A DNA stretch of 64,000 bases from Clostridia bacterium. Its GTDB lineage: Bacteria > Bacillota > Clostridia > Oscillospirales > Acutalibacteraceae. Numbering within the stretch: the first letter of the stretch is position 1; every line of letters starts with the position of its first letter. The stretch is taken from assembly GCA_017502085.1 (NCBI GenBank), contig JAFVVQ010000037.1:569-64568 (forward strand), written 5' to 3'. The position numbers and the translations under genes are program-made. The notes under the pieces are model-generated. The model ran no database searches. It was not told where the DNA came from and was given only the letters and a program-made list of their open reading frames with translations. This document shows positions 39,882 to 50,042 of this stretch, in pieces.

Positions 39882-41363
39882 TCAGAATTTAACCGTCAGA
39901 GTGTTGATGCCGGGTTTGCCGTTGATACGCAGATATGCTGAATTTGAGCCTTCAATCTTTTCAAGTTCATATTCTGCACTGCATTCGATGGAAGCATCTG
40001 CCTTGTGAAGATAAACCTCTGTGGGTACGCTGTATTCTTTATCCTGATCATAAACAAGAGTAAATACGTTATTTTCACGGTCGGTCTTATATTCAATTGT
40101 CTCGCCGCAGACCGCAATGGGAGACGTTCTGTTGAGGCAATCCATAATCGGATTCTTAAGCATACCGTCATAATATGCCCAATATGTGTTGCTCCACTTG
40201 TTTGAGTCAAACTTATCAAGAAGGAATCTGATGTGGTGAAGCCATTCGGTACCTTCGGAGTGACCGCCCCATTCGCCGACGATTACGGGTACGTCAAGTC
40301 TCTGCTGTGACTTTCTGTGCTGATCGAAGATCGAACCGACTCTGGAGTTGCTTGCATATTTATATGCGGCGGTATCAACCATCAGGTCGTATGCGTGGGG
40401 AGCGAAGCAGACCTTCTCTTCACGTTTACCGTCGTAGTTAATAACGGGAGTGCTGTAGGGAATACCGAGGTTGGAATAATAACTGTTTTCCATTATCATA
40501 ATACCGTTATCGGTAACGCCTCGGATAGCTTTTGCGGTTCTGTTGAGAAACTGTGAATATGCACCTACGTCGAATTTGTAAATCAGACCGTTTGCTGCAC
40601 TTGTGACCTTGCGGAAAAGATCGGGGTCATCAAAAGGCTCAAGCACCTTTATTGCATTGCCGGTAATAAGCTGCTTTGCCATCCAAACAATATTGCAGCG
40701 TTTGTCGGTAAGAACTGTTTTTGCGATGCTTGCGATAAGTTTCCTGAAAACCTTGCCGCCGTCGCTGCCGGGGAAAGGTTCATTGAGCATATCGAATCCG
40801 AAAAGTGCAGGATGGTCCTTGAATCTTTCGGCAACGTGCTGCCACATTTTGCAGAAATAAGTCTGAAGCGGAATGCCGTTGTATTCGGCATTGTTCCAGA
40901 AATTATCAAATGCACGGTGTGTTGCTTTGCCCCAGAAATAGCCTTCTGCCCAGACGAATCTTGTTTTTTGGAATTTTGCGCCGTCTGTCAGACAAGCCCA
41001 TGCGGGAGCACCGTCACCTGCCATGCCTTTGAATCCCGCATAGAGATCCTGATGCATATCGAGATAAAAATAGATGCCGTATTTTGCACAGAGATCGGCA
41101 ACCTTTTCAACTTTGTCAAGGAATTCCTCGTTATATTTGAAGGGTTCGGGTTCAATCGCATCCCAGGTCATACCGAGTCTGACAAGGTTGAAGCCATTCT
41201 GACTGAGACTTTTTATTAATTCTTCGTCAAATGGCATATCATATGTTCTTTCTTCGGCACCGTCTTTGTTATAACCCTTGTCGCAAAGATTGACGCCGTT
41301 GAAGATTCTTTCTCTGCCCTCGGAATCGATGAATTTCTGCTTGAACGTTGTGATTCTTTTCAT
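39882..41363 (-). CDS. GH5 endoglycoceramidase-like glycosidase, no signal peptide
   Basis: DSEGRERIFNGVN, LDMHQDLY, GDGAPAWA, AFDNFW, NEPFPG, FAPHAY, VGEWG and a C-terminal beta-sandwich, the motif set of EGCase-type GH5. Confidence 0.8.
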   Translation of the reverse strand: MKRITTFKQKFIDSEGRERIFNGVNLCDKGYNKDGAEERTYDMPFDEELIKSLSQNGFNLVRLGMTWDAIEPEPFKYNEEFLDKVEKVADLCAKYGIYFYLDMHQDLYAGFKGMAGDGAPAWACLTDGAKFQKTRFVWAEGYFWGKATHRAFDNFWNNAEYNGIPLQTYFCKMWQHVAERFKDHPALFGFDMLNEPFPGSDGGKVFRKLIASIAKTVLTDKRCNIVWMAKQLITGNAIKVLEPFDDPDLFRKVTSAANGLIYKFDVGAYSQFLNRTAKAIRGVTDNGIMIMENSYYSNLGIPYSTPVINYDGKREEKVCFAPHAYDLMVDTAAYKYASNSRVGSIFDQHRKSQQRLDVPVIVGEWGGHSEGTEWLHHIRFLLDKFDSNKWSNTYWAYYDGMLKNPIMDCLNRTSPIAVCGETIEYKTDRENNVFTLVYDQDKEYSVPTEVYLHKADASIECSAEYELEKIEGSNSAYLRINGKPGINTLTVKF

Positions 41364-41462
41364 AGCAAAAAACCTCTCATTACAATATAGATAAAATTAT
41401 TATATCATTGGAGGAAAATAAATGCAACCGTAAATATGTATTTAAAGGATTACAATTGACTA

Positions 41463-41491
41463 TTGCCAATATTGTAAAACTGTGATAAAAT
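41463..41491 (+). promoter_or_regulatory. Probable sigma-A promoter of the alcohol dehydrogenase
   Basis: TTGCCA-17 bp-TAAAAT with TG; overlapped by the inverted repeat TTACAAT(41450)...ATTGTAA(41477). Confidence 0.55.
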
Positions 41492-41556
41492 CAAAAGGTA
41501 AATGTATTGTTTTCCGTAACGGGAACAAATAATTTCACAGAACAGGAGTAATCAAT

Positions 41557-42768
41557 ATGGCAGCATCATTATTCTTCAAGGCATTTTGCAGAACTTATCA
41601 GGGTATCTTCAGGGTTGCGGTCAACTTCCTCGACTGGACGGAGCCTCAGCTTGTGAAGGGTGCGGGCAGCGTCAAAAAGCTTCCCGAGGTTGTCAAGGCA
41701 AACGGTCACGATAAGGTTCTCGTCGTAACTGATAAGGGTCTTATGGGACTTCATCTTCTTGACGGACTTTTCGAAGGTCTCGATAAGGCAGGTGTCAAGT
41801 ATTTCGTTTATGACGGTACTCAGCCCAATCCTACAATCGACAACATCGAAGAGGCAAGAAAGCTCTATGCCGATAATAACTGTTCAGCCGTTATTGCATT
41901 CGGCGGCGGATCGCCTATGGACTGTGCAAAGGTTGCGGCTGCAAGAATTGCCAAGCCGAACAAGTCCGTTCAGCAGATGAGAGGCACTCTCAAGATTCTC
42001 AAGAAGCTTCCCACAATCTATGCAGTTCCCACAACTGCGGGTACCGGCTCCGAAACAACAATCGCAGCCGTTGTTTCCGATCCCTCAACTCACGAAAAAT
42101 ATGCTCTTCAGGATCCCGTTCTCCGACCCAAGTACGCAGTTCTCGATCCTGAGCTTACAATCGGTCTGCCTCCTCACATCACCTCGACAACGGGTATGGA
42201 TGCTCTGACTCACGCAGTAGAAGCATATATCGGTCACAGCAACACAAAGGGCACTGCTGCTGCCGCTGAAAAGGCAACCAAGATGATTTTTGACAATATC
42301 CTCAAGGTTTATGAAAACGGCAAGGATATCGAAGCAAGAGAAAATATGCTTGAAGCATCATATCTCGCAGGTATTGCGTTCACAAGAGCGTACGTAGGTT
42401 ACGTTCACGCAATCGCACATAATCTCGGCGGTATGTACGGCACACCTCACGGTCTTGCAAATGCGGTGGTTCTTCCTTATGTGCTTGAATATTTCGGCGA
42501 AACCGCTTATTCTCCTCTTGCAAAGCTTGCTGATATCGCAGGTATCACAAGTGCGGGTATGAACGAGGCTCAGAAAGCGAAACTCTTCATCGAATCCATC
42601 AAGGAATTCAATAAGAAGATGAATATTCCCGATAAGCTTGAAATCCTCGAAAAGGATATTCCCACAATTGCAAAGAGAGCGCTCAAAGAAGGCAATCCTC
42701 TTTATCCCGTTCCGAAAATTATGGATCTCGAGGAATGTATGACGGTTATCAGAAAAATCGCAAAATAA
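41557..42768 (+). CDS. Iron-containing alcohol dehydrogenase
   Basis: PNPT, GGGSPMD, PTTAGTGSE, DALTHAVE, HAIAH, HGLANA. Confidence 0.95.
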   Translation: MAASLFFKAFCRTYQGIFRVAVNFLDWTEPQLVKGAGSVKKLPEVVKANGHDKVLVVTDKGLMGLHLLDGLFEGLDKAGVKYFVYDGTQPNPTIDNIEEARKLYADNNCSAVIAFGGGSPMDCAKVAAARIAKPNKSVQQMRGTLKILKKLPTIYAVPTTAGTGSETTIAAVVSDPSTHEKYALQDPVLRPKYAVLDPELTIGLPPHITSTTGMDALTHAVEAYIGHSNTKGTAAAAEKATKMIFDNILKVYENGKDIEARENMLEASYLAGIAFTRAYVGYVHAIAHNLGGMYGTPHGLANAVVLPYVLEYFGETAYSPLAKLADIAGITSAGMNEAQKAKLFIESIKEFNKKMNIPDKLEILEKDIPTIAKRALKEGNPLYPVPKIMDLEECMTVIRKIAK

Positions 42769-42809
42769 ACAGTCATCCGGGCTGTTTCGTATTTAACAGG
42801 GGTGTTAAA

Positions 42810-44087
42810 ATGAATATTAAAAAGACAATCAGCTTTATTATGGCTTTTGTGATTGCTGTTTCTGCTTGCAGTATCGGTGCTTCTGCACGGAATAATATCA
42901 GCGATCCGAAAAATGATGCGCCGTTTGTGTTCGTTCACGGCCTTAACGGCTGGGGCGGCGCAGAGGGTATTGACGGAATTATCCCTTACTGGGGTGCAAC
43001 AACGGGTGACCTTATGCATTATCTTCAGTATGAGGGATATGAATGCTATTCGGCATCTGTCGGCCCCGTCAACAGTGCATGGGACAGAGCGTGCGAGCTT
43101 TATGCTCAGATTATCGGCGCAACGGTTGACTACGGCGAAGCGCATTCAAAAAAATTCAATCACGCGAGATATGGCAGAACCTATTATGATGCGCTTGTTC
43201 CCGATTGGGGTGAGCTTGACGATGCAGGTAAAATCAAGCAGATTCATCTTATCGGTCACAGCTTTGGCGGCACAACTGTCAGGATGCTTGTTCATCTTCT
43301 GACAGAGGGCAGCGCCGAAGAAATGGCGGCAACACCGTCAGATGAGATTTCAGGTCTCTTTACGGGAGGCAAAAGCGATTGGGTAAGAAGTGTAACTGCT
43401 ATATGTACTCCGCACAACAGTGCAACGGTCTATTATCCTCTTGATGTTCTCGGAATTATTGACATTGTTATGTTTTTGAGTTATCTTTACATCGGTGTCG
43501 TCGGCAGAGGTCCGCTCAACGGTGAACTGGTCGATTTTCATATGGAGCAGTACGGTCTTTCCGAAATTCCCGGCGGCAATGAAGCAACAGGCTTGTTCAA
43601 GGCAATGAAAAACGTTCTTGCCAACAAAGAGGATTCCAGTGCGTACGATCTGACTCCTGAGGGAACGCATAAACTCAATAATGAACTTGAAATCAGTGAT
43701 AACGTTTATTATTTCTCCTATCCGTTTTCAACAACAAAGCCTGTTCCTGCTCTCGGAATTGAAATTCCGAGACTCAGCACCAACCCCGTCATTATACTTA
43801 CGGCGGCAATGATGGGCATGATGGCATTCAATGATCCTGTGTTGGGCATTGAATACGGCAAGGAATGGCTTGCAAACGATGCGCTGGTAAATACCGAGAG
43901 TGCGAAATATCCTTTTGATGAGCCGTATACGGATTTCAATTCGCAGAGTATCAATAAAGGTGTGTGGAATGTTATGCCCGTCAGTGAGGGTGACCACGGT
44001 ACCGCAATCGGTCTTTTTGCAAATGAAACCAAAACTCACGGATTCTATTCCGAAATGTGCGAAATGCTTAATGCACTTCCCTCGTAA
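42810..44087 (+). CDS. Secreted lipase/esterase (Geobacillus/Staphylococcus lipase-like, families I.5/I.6)
   Basis: Signal peptide; FVHGLNGW, YWG, SAWDRACELYAQI, DYGEAHS...H.RYGRTY, GHSFGG, TPHN, NDALV, DH; start re-assigned to ATG 42810. Confidence 0.9.
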   Translation: MNIKKTISFIMAFVIAVSACSIGASARNNISDPKNDAPFVFVHGLNGWGGAEGIDGIIPYWGATTGDLMHYLQYEGYECYSASVGPVNSAWDRACELYAQIIGATVDYGEAHSKKFNHARYGRTYYDALVPDWGELDDAGKIKQIHLIGHSFGGTTVRMLVHLLTEGSAEEMAATPSDEISGLFTGGKSDWVRSVTAICTPHNSATVYYPLDVLGIIDIVMFLSYLYIGVVGRGPLNGELVDFHMEQYGLSEIPGGNEATGLFKAMKNVLANKEDSSAYDLTPEGTHKLNNELEISDNVYYFSYPFSTTKPVPALGIEIPRLSTNPVIILTAAMMGMMAFNDPVLGIEYGKEWLANDALVNTESAKYPFDEPYTDFNSQSINKGVWNVMPVSEGDHGTAIGLFANETKTHGFYSEMCEMLNALPS

Positions 44088-44099
44088 CATAATATCAGA

Positions 44100-44131
44100 A
44101 AGGGCGGTTGCCGAAACCGCCCTTGTTTTTT
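44100..44131 (+). terminator. Intrinsic terminator after the lipase
   Basis: AAGGGCGGTT / AACCGCCCTT followed by GTTTTTT. Confidence 0.75.
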
Positions 44132-44145
44132 GAAAGGTGAAAGCT

Positions 44146-45219
44146 ATGAAAACAAAAAGAATTATCAGCGTTTTTCTTGCAGTGATACTTGCATTCGGCT
44201 GTGTTGTGCCCTCGTATGCCGCTTCAACCGTGAATATGCACGGGGTCAGCAAAATTATAAGAACAATCGACGGCGTTCTCGAAAATGCGGAAAGATTCAT
44301 CCGATCAAAGCTTGAAAACAGAAAGAATTATTCCGATTACACCGAGCTTTGCTCCATACCCGAAACCGAAAACGGATACGTACCTCAAGGCTACTGCATC
44401 AGCGAGGATGGCAAGAGTCACATTGTTTCGTATTATCATGCAGAAAAGCCGTCGATTCTTGTTTTTGTGAATTCTGAAACGGGTAATGCAGAAAAGCTTC
44501 TCAACCTTAAAACTGCAAGCGGTAAGGATTTTACTGGTCACGCAGGCGGAGTTGCTCAGGAAAACGGATGGCTCTATATCTGCCACGGCAGTAAGATTTA
44601 CAGAATCGCATCGGCTGATATTGAATCTGCCGAAAACGGGGGAGAAATTTCTCTCGGTGCAAGTGTGCAGACCGACGTTAAATGCTCTTATATCAACAGC
44701 GACGGTGAATACCTCTATGCAGGTGAGTTTTATACCTATGCAGCCGACGGCGGATACGACACTGATGTAACGCATCATGTTTCGGTTTCGCTTTTTGAAC
44801 GTCACTATTCACGGTGCAATGCCTATAAGTTGAGCAGTTTTGAAAAAGCGTTTGACGGTGCGGAGCTTGTTCCCGATTTTGTGCTGACAACACCTAACAG
44901 AGTGCAAGGTTTTGCAAGACTTGCTGACGGCAGTTTTGTGCTGAGTGTTTCATATGGCAGAAATAATGATTCATTTATGCCTGTCTTTGAAGATGTCACA
45001 AAGGGCGAAGCGGACTCCGAACTTGCTTACGGTGAAGTAAAAATACCGGTTTACCATCTTGCAAAGAACAGCAGAAATTCAAATCTTCGTCAGCCACCGA
45101 TGCTTGAAGGCATTGACGCAAAAGGGGATTCGGTAATCGGCATTTTTGAATCGGGCGCAAAGAAATACAGCGACGGAGCAGTGATTCTCAACAGCATCTG
45201 TGAATTTAAAGTGAAATAA
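44146..45219 (+). CDS. Secreted protein of unknown function, probable beta-propeller
   Basis: Signal peptide ending SYA; repeats YVPQGYC, GHAGGVA, RVQGFA, PPMLEGID, FESGA. Confidence 0.7.
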   Translation: MKTKRIISVFLAVILAFGCVVPSYAASTVNMHGVSKIIRTIDGVLENAERFIRSKLENRKNYSDYTELCSIPETENGYVPQGYCISEDGKSHIVSYYHAEKPSILVFVNSETGNAEKLLNLKTASGKDFTGHAGGVAQENGWLYICHGSKIYRIASADIESAENGGEISLGASVQTDVKCSYINSDGEYLYAGEFYTYAADGGYDTDVTHHVSVSLFERHYSRCNAYKLSSFEKAFDGAELVPDFVLTTPNRVQGFARLADGSFVLSVSYGRNNDSFMPVFEDVTKGEADSELAYGEVKIPVYHLAKNSRNSNLRQPPMLEGIDAKGDSVIGIFESGAKKYSDGAVILNSICEFKVK

Positions 45220-45236
45220 ACCGATAAATAATTAAA

Positions 45237-45266
45237 CAAGCGTGGCACCGATTGGAGCCACGCTTG
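45237..45266. terminator. Bidirectional terminator
   Basis: CAAGCGTGGC / GCCACGCTTG between convergent genes. Confidence 0.8.
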
Positions 45267-45271
45267 AATTT

Positions 45272-47026
45272 TTATTTTTTCTTCAATCTTTCGCAAAGTT
45301 CTCTGTCGGGAGTTACCCACATAGTATTATAGGTATGGTATATGACCTTGCCGGGCTTTGCGCCGCTCGGTTTTTTGAGCGAACGGATTTCGGTGTAATC
45401 AACAGCAACCTGAGAGGATTCTCTGCCGCCGCTGTGGTATGCAGCGAGGATAGCTGCCTGTCGGCAAGTTGATTCGGGAATAATATCACCGTTACCGATA
45501 ACAACCACGTGAGAACCGGGAATTTTTTGCGTGTGAAACCACGAATCGTCTTTTGCGGCTGTTTTAAACGTCAGAATATCGTTCTGAACGTTGTTTCTGC
45601 CGACGAGAATTGTGTATCCGTCATCCGAAACGTACTCAAGAGGGGGCAACGGCTTCGGCTTCTTGCCCTTATCGTTTTTTGCCCTTTTCAGATAACCTTG
45701 TTCATAAAGTTCTGCTCTGATTTCAGCAAGTTCTGTGTATCCGTCAGCGCGGTTGACACTGTCGATAACCGTCTCAAGATAAGCGAGTTCCTGTTCACTT
45801 TGCTCAATCAGTTCACCGAGCATACTTTCTGCAGTTTTTGCCTTGCGGTATTCCTTGAAATATTTCTGTGCATTTGCAGAGGGAGAAAGTGCGGGGTCGG
45901 CGGCGATTCGGATAACATTGTTTTCATCATAGAAATTTTCAATGTCGTAGAAAAACGAGCCTTTTTCAAGTCTGTACTGATTTGCGAGAATCAGTTCAGC
46001 GTTGATTCTGAGAGAATCCTTGTCGGCACAGGCGCTGAGTTCTGCCTGTCTGCTCTGAAGCTTTCTTGCCGCTCTTGCTGAAGCGTTCTGAAGAAGTTTG
46101 AGGAGCGACTGGCTTCTCTGTCTCGTGCGCTCAAAACGGTCTTTTTCATAATAAAAATCGTCAAGCAATTGTGAAAAACTATCGAATTCTTTTGCTGAAA
46201 CCGCAAAACCGTACTGGGTGATATCCGTGAATGTAAAGTCATATGGCTTTACACCTTCTCTGATGAGCATCGTCGGATTTGCCTTGCCTGATTCTAGCAG
46301 TGATTTTATCTCTGCAAATTTTTTCGTGAGCCTTTCAACGGAAATATCGGTCAGCTCTGTTGCGAGAGTATCGCCAGGGCAGGCGAAAGCCGCAATCTCC
46401 CGACTTATCAAGGGAGAGACGCCCTCAACAGTTTCAAGAATTGCGCCTGAAAGCCTCTTCCCGATGCATTTTGTGACTGCTTTTGAAATTGCTTCAGGAT
46501 CTTTTTCGGTCAGATTCATTTTATTCTGTCGGGGAGGTAATTCGTATTTGAATGATGGCAGAATCTGTCGCACGCTCGATTGTGTAAAGTCAATTCGCTT
46601 TACAGAGTCGACAATATTACCGTCGGAATTCACGAGGATAATATTGCTGTGTTTAGCCATTATTTCAATGCATAGAGTGAACGTCACCGCATCGCCTATT
46701 TCATTTGTACCCGCAAGGTCAATGAAAACCACTCTGTCCAGCCCAAGCTGGCGTATATCGGTTATGACCGCACCTGTCAGATGCTTTCTGAAAAGCATAC
46801 AGAGCATCGGCGGAGTCGACGGGTTTTCGGGTGCATTTGCCGTCAGATGAAGTCGGGGACTGTTCGCACTTGCGGAGAGAAGAAGTCTGTAAGCGCCTTC
46901 TCTTGAGCGCAGATGAAACACCAACTCATCTTTTGATGGTTGGTGAATTTTTTCTATTCTGCTTCCGACAATATATCGTGAAAGTTCCTGCTTAAGCAGA
47001 TTTAATGTAATTCCGTCAAGGGGCAT
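45272..47026 (-). CDS. rqcH: Ribosome quality-control protein RqcH (NFACT/FbpA family)
   Basis: MPLDG, KIHQP, FCML-like LCMLFRKHL, EIMAKHSNIIL, NAQKYFKEY, VGRNNVQND, PGSHV, VDYT, GAKPGKVIY. Confidence 0.93.
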   Translation of the reverse strand: MPLDGITLNLLKQELSRYIVGSRIEKIHQPSKDELVFHLRSREGAYRLLLSASANSPRLHLTANAPENPSTPPMLCMLFRKHLTGAVITDIRQLGLDRVVFIDLAGTNEIGDAVTFTLCIEIMAKHSNIILVNSDGNIVDSVKRIDFTQSSVRQILPSFKYELPPRQNKMNLTEKDPEAISKAVTKCIGKRLSGAILETVEGVSPLISREIAAFACPGDTLATELTDISVERLTKKFAEIKSLLESGKANPTMLIREGVKPYDFTFTDITQYGFAVSAKEFDSFSQLLDDFYYEKDRFERTRQRSQSLLKLLQNASARAARKLQSRQAELSACADKDSLRINAELILANQYRLEKGSFFYDIENFYDENNVIRIAADPALSPSANAQKYFKEYRKAKTAESMLGELIEQSEQELAYLETVIDSVNRADGYTELAEIRAELYEQGYLKRAKNDKGKKPKPLPPLEYVSDDGYTILVGRNNVQNDILTFKTAAKDDSWFHTQKIPGSHVVVIGNGDIIPESTCRQAAILAAYHSGGRESSQVAVDYTEIRSLKKPSGAKPGKVIYHTYNTMWVTPDRELCERLKKK

Positions 47027-47041
47027 AATTCAGACCTCTGA

Positions 47042-47806
47042 TCAATTAATATGAACGACGGGAGAAGTTTGAGGAATGATCTTCACCTCTGCGTCGAATT
47101 TTTCTTTGAGTTTATTCGCCAATACAGTCATAACGGGATTCTCGGTCTCGAAATGACCTGCGGCAATGAGTGTCAGCCCAAGTTCCTTTGCATCAAGGAA
47201 TTCGTGGTGTTTACCGTCACCCGTGATAAAAGCGTCGCAACCTGCAGCTGCAACGTCATAGAGATATTCTGCTCCGGCACCGCCGCAGACGGCAACTTTT
47301 GTGATTGTTTTTCCGCAATCGGCAAGTCTGACAACCGCTGAAAGCTTGTCGGCACAGAGCTTTGCAAGGCTTTCGCCCGATGTTGCGGGGATTTCGGCAA
47401 CCCTGATGAATGCAAGGTCACCTTCCTCGGCAAAGGGTACGGGATTCTCAAATCCGAGAACTGATGAAAGTGTGTCGTTGACTCCGCCTTTTGCCATATC
47501 AAGAGGTGTATGTGTGCATATTGCGGCAATTCCGTTTTTGGCAAGAACGTAAGGCAGATCTTTATCGGTGAAGCTTCTTGCGGGTCTGAAAATAATGGGA
47601 TGATGGCTGACAATCAGATCGGCATTCATTTCAGCCGCTTTTTCAATTGCTTCGGTTGTAATGTCAAGCACAACAGCGATTTTTCTCACTGTTTTATTTC
47701 TGTCTCCGACGAGCATACCGCTGTTATCCCAATCGCATTGAGTTGAGAACGGAGCAAGTGAATCGATGAATTCAAAAATATCCTTGACAGTCGGGTTATA
47801 TGCCAT
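47042..47806 (-). CDS. Nif3-like dinuclear metal centre protein
   Basis: WDNSGMLVG, SHHPIIF, HTPLD, GVND, CGGAG, GHFETE. Confidence 0.93.
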   Translation of the reverse strand: MAYNPTVKDIFEFIDSLAPFSTQCDWDNSGMLVGDRNKTVRKIAVVLDITTEAIEKAAEMNADLIVSHHPIIFRPARSFTDKDLPYVLAKNGIAAICTHTPLDMAKGGVNDTLSSVLGFENPVPFAEEGDLAFIRVAEIPATSGESLAKLCADKLSAVVRLADCGKTITKVAVCGGAGAEYLYDVAAAGCDAFITGDGKHHEFLDAKELGLTLIAAGHFETENPVMTVLANKLKEKFDAEVKIIPQTSPVVHIN

Positions 47807-48479
47807 TGATTTTATCCTCCGTTTCGAAAATTATGCACCTGAGATAATCCGCTTTCTCTGCGGAGCCGTGTTTTTCTTCGGCTTCGAGTTTTGTTTTTAA
47901 TCTTTCGGCAACCTTCTGAAGATACTGTTTTGCTTCAGGCTTTCCGCATTCGGGAAGTTTACCGTAATATATGTAGCCTTCGGAATACGGTTTGATTTCG
48001 CCTGTCCATCGGGCACAGAAAGAACAGTAAAGCTTGCCTGAGTCTATGCACGCATCCTCACGAATGATTTCGAATCCGTTTGTGATAAGGTGTTCTCTGA
48101 TATCTTCTGCGTGAGATTGCGGCTGAAGAATCAGCAGTTTTTTCGGGTCCTTGAGCCAGGATGTTCTTGAAACCAGTTCGGTCATCAGTGTGCCGCCCAT
48201 ACCGCACATAATAAAATCATCGGCTTCGTGCGGCTCAATTTCGTCAAAACCGTCGGAAAGGCGGAGCGTTACTCTGTCCGCCACACCGTAATTATCAACT
48301 GTGTTTTTCGCATTATCAAGCGGACCCTTGCGCAAGTCGCACGCAAGAGCCTTCGGGCAAACGCCGTTCAGAACCAGCCAGGCGGGGAGATAGGCGTGGT
48401 CAGTGCCGATATCTGCGGCAACCTTACCGTGGCGCACCATCTCCGCCGCCATCATAATTCTCTCGGAGAGCTTAAGCAT
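47796..48479 (-). CDS. trmK: tRNA (adenine22-N1)-methyltransferase
   Basis: ADIGTDHAYLP, GPL, LSDG, GMGG, LILQPQ; adjacent to nif3. Confidence 0.92.
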   Translation of the reverse strand: MLKLSERIMMAAEMVRHGKVAADIGTDHAYLPAWLVLNGVCPKALACDLRKGPLDNAKNTVDNYGVADRVTLRLSDGFDEIEPHEADDFIMCGMGGTLMTELVSRTSWLKDPKKLLILQPQSHAEDIREHLITNGFEIIREDACIDSGKLYCSFCARWTGEIKPYSEGYIYYGKLPECGKPEAKQYLQKVAERLKTKLEAEEKHGSAEKADYLRCIIFETEDKINGI

Positions 48480-48675
48480 TGGCGAGGAAAGCGTTCATTT
48501 TACCGATGAGTTCATCAGCGTTGACGCCGTGTACCATACAAGCCTGAGCAACGCTCTCGCTTCTTGCCGAAGGACAACCGAGGCAGTGCATACCCATTTC
48601 AAGGAAAAAAGGAGCAAGTTCACGGTGTGCATCAAGAATTTCGCCGATTTTCATGTCTTTTGTGATTTCTTTCAT
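48472..48675 (-). CDS. DUF1858 domain protein
   Basis: ITKDMKIGEI, GMHCLGCP, ESVAQACMVHG. Confidence 0.9.
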   Translation of the reverse strand: MKEITKDMKIGEILDAHRELAPFFLEMGMHCLGCPSARSESVAQACMVHGVNADELIGKMNAFLANA

Positions 48676-48812
48676 TGTTGTGACATCCTTTCAAAACAAA
48701 TTATAAATATTATAACACAAGTTAAGATATATATCAAGGTTATTAATAATTGACATTCTCTTCATTTAGCGGTAAAATAAAATGTCAAAAGAAAAATATT
48801 GAGGTTTTGGCT

Positions 48813-50027
48813 ATGAAAAAATATGATGCTGTTATTGTCGGCGGCTGTGCATCAGGGATAGCGGCGGCGATAACCGCCAAAAAGTGCAATCCGAAACTGA
48901 ATATTGTTATTATAGAAAAACTTCCGAGGCTCGGCAAAAAGATTCTTGCAACAGGCAACGGCAGATGCAACCTCACAAATCTCGGTGCAGAGGCATCGGA
49001 TTATAAAAATCCTGCTTTTGTCAGGATGGTGTTCGAAAAATATCCGCCCGAAAAGGTTGTGGATTTCTTCGGGTCAATGGGGTTGCTTACCTATGAGGAT
49101 TCAGAGGACAGAGTTTATCCGAGAAGTAATATGGCGTCATCCGTACTCGATACACTCCGCTACGAGATTGACGGTCTCGGCATTGAAGTGATTTGCGATA
49201 TGCCAGTCACACAGATAAAAAAACAGGGTGACGGTTTCTGTGTTAACGGAGAATTTTTCTGCAAAAAGCTGGTTATCGCAACCGGCGGAAAATCCTCCCC
49301 GTCGCAAGGCTCTGACGGAAGCGGATATGTACTTGCGAAACAGCTTGGCCATACCGTTACAAGGCTTTATCCTGCTCTTGTACCCCTGACAGTCAGAGAT
49401 AACGTAAAACCGCTGAAGGGAATCAGGGCAAGAAATGTTGAGTTGTCTCTGAGAGCTGAGCAGATAATTAAAAAAACAAAGGGAGAACTTCTTTTCACCG
49501 AAAACGGACTATCGGGTATTGCTGCAATGGAACTTGCTTCGGTGGCTGAAGAATCGCTTGAAAGTGTAAAGTGCAAAACCTTTACTGATGTGGATTTTTT
49601 GCCCGAAATGTCATCTGAAGAACTTGTTCAATATCTGTTGAATGTCAAGAAAGTCAAGGGGTATTGCGACTGTGATATGCTTTTTGCGGGAGTCCTTCCG
49701 AAACAGATAGGAATCGAAATATGTAAAGCAGAGAAGCTTTACAGCCAGAATAAAAAGATTTCGCAGTTTACACATTCAGATATACTCAAGGTGGCTGAAA
49801 AGGCGAAAAAATTCACTTTTGAAATCAGCGGAACGAAAGGTTTTGCTAACGCCCAGGTAACAAGCGGCGGCGTTACCGTCAGCGAAATCAACGGTTTAAC
49901 GATGGAATCGAAGCTTTGCAGCGGATTATTTCTTGTCGGAGAAATCGTTGACGTTGATGCGGGATGCGGCGGATATAATCTGCAATGGGCATTTGCTTCG
50001 GGAATGCTTGCAGGCGAAAATATTTGA
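48813..50027 (+). CDS. HI0933/BaiN family flavoprotein
   Basis: VGGCASG, GKKILATGNGRCNLTN, ATGGKS, GELLFT, AQVTSGG, GGYNLQWA. Confidence 0.92.
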   Translation: MKKYDAVIVGGCASGIAAAITAKKCNPKLNIVIIEKLPRLGKKILATGNGRCNLTNLGAEASDYKNPAFVRMVFEKYPPEKVVDFFGSMGLLTYEDSEDRVYPRSNMASSVLDTLRYEIDGLGIEVICDMPVTQIKKQGDGFCVNGEFFCKKLVIATGGKSSPSQGSDGSGYVLAKQLGHTVTRLYPALVPLTVRDNVKPLKGIRARNVELSLRAEQIIKKTKGELLFTENGLSGIAAMELASVAEESLESVKCKTFTDVDFLPEMSSEELVQYLLNVKKVKGYCDCDMLFAGVLPKQIGIEICKAEKLYSQNKKISQFTHSDILKVAEKAKKFTFEISGTKGFANAQVTSGGVTVSEINGLTMESKLCSGLFLVGEIVDVDAGCGGYNLQWAFASGMLAGENI

Positions 50028-50042
50028 TAAGGTAGAAATTGT

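Noticed and set aside
45272-48675. DUF1858-trmK-nif3-rqcH as a novel system
   Set aside because: trmK-nif3 linkage is common in Bacillota and all members are known housekeeping families; nothing in the sequence indicates a new joint function.
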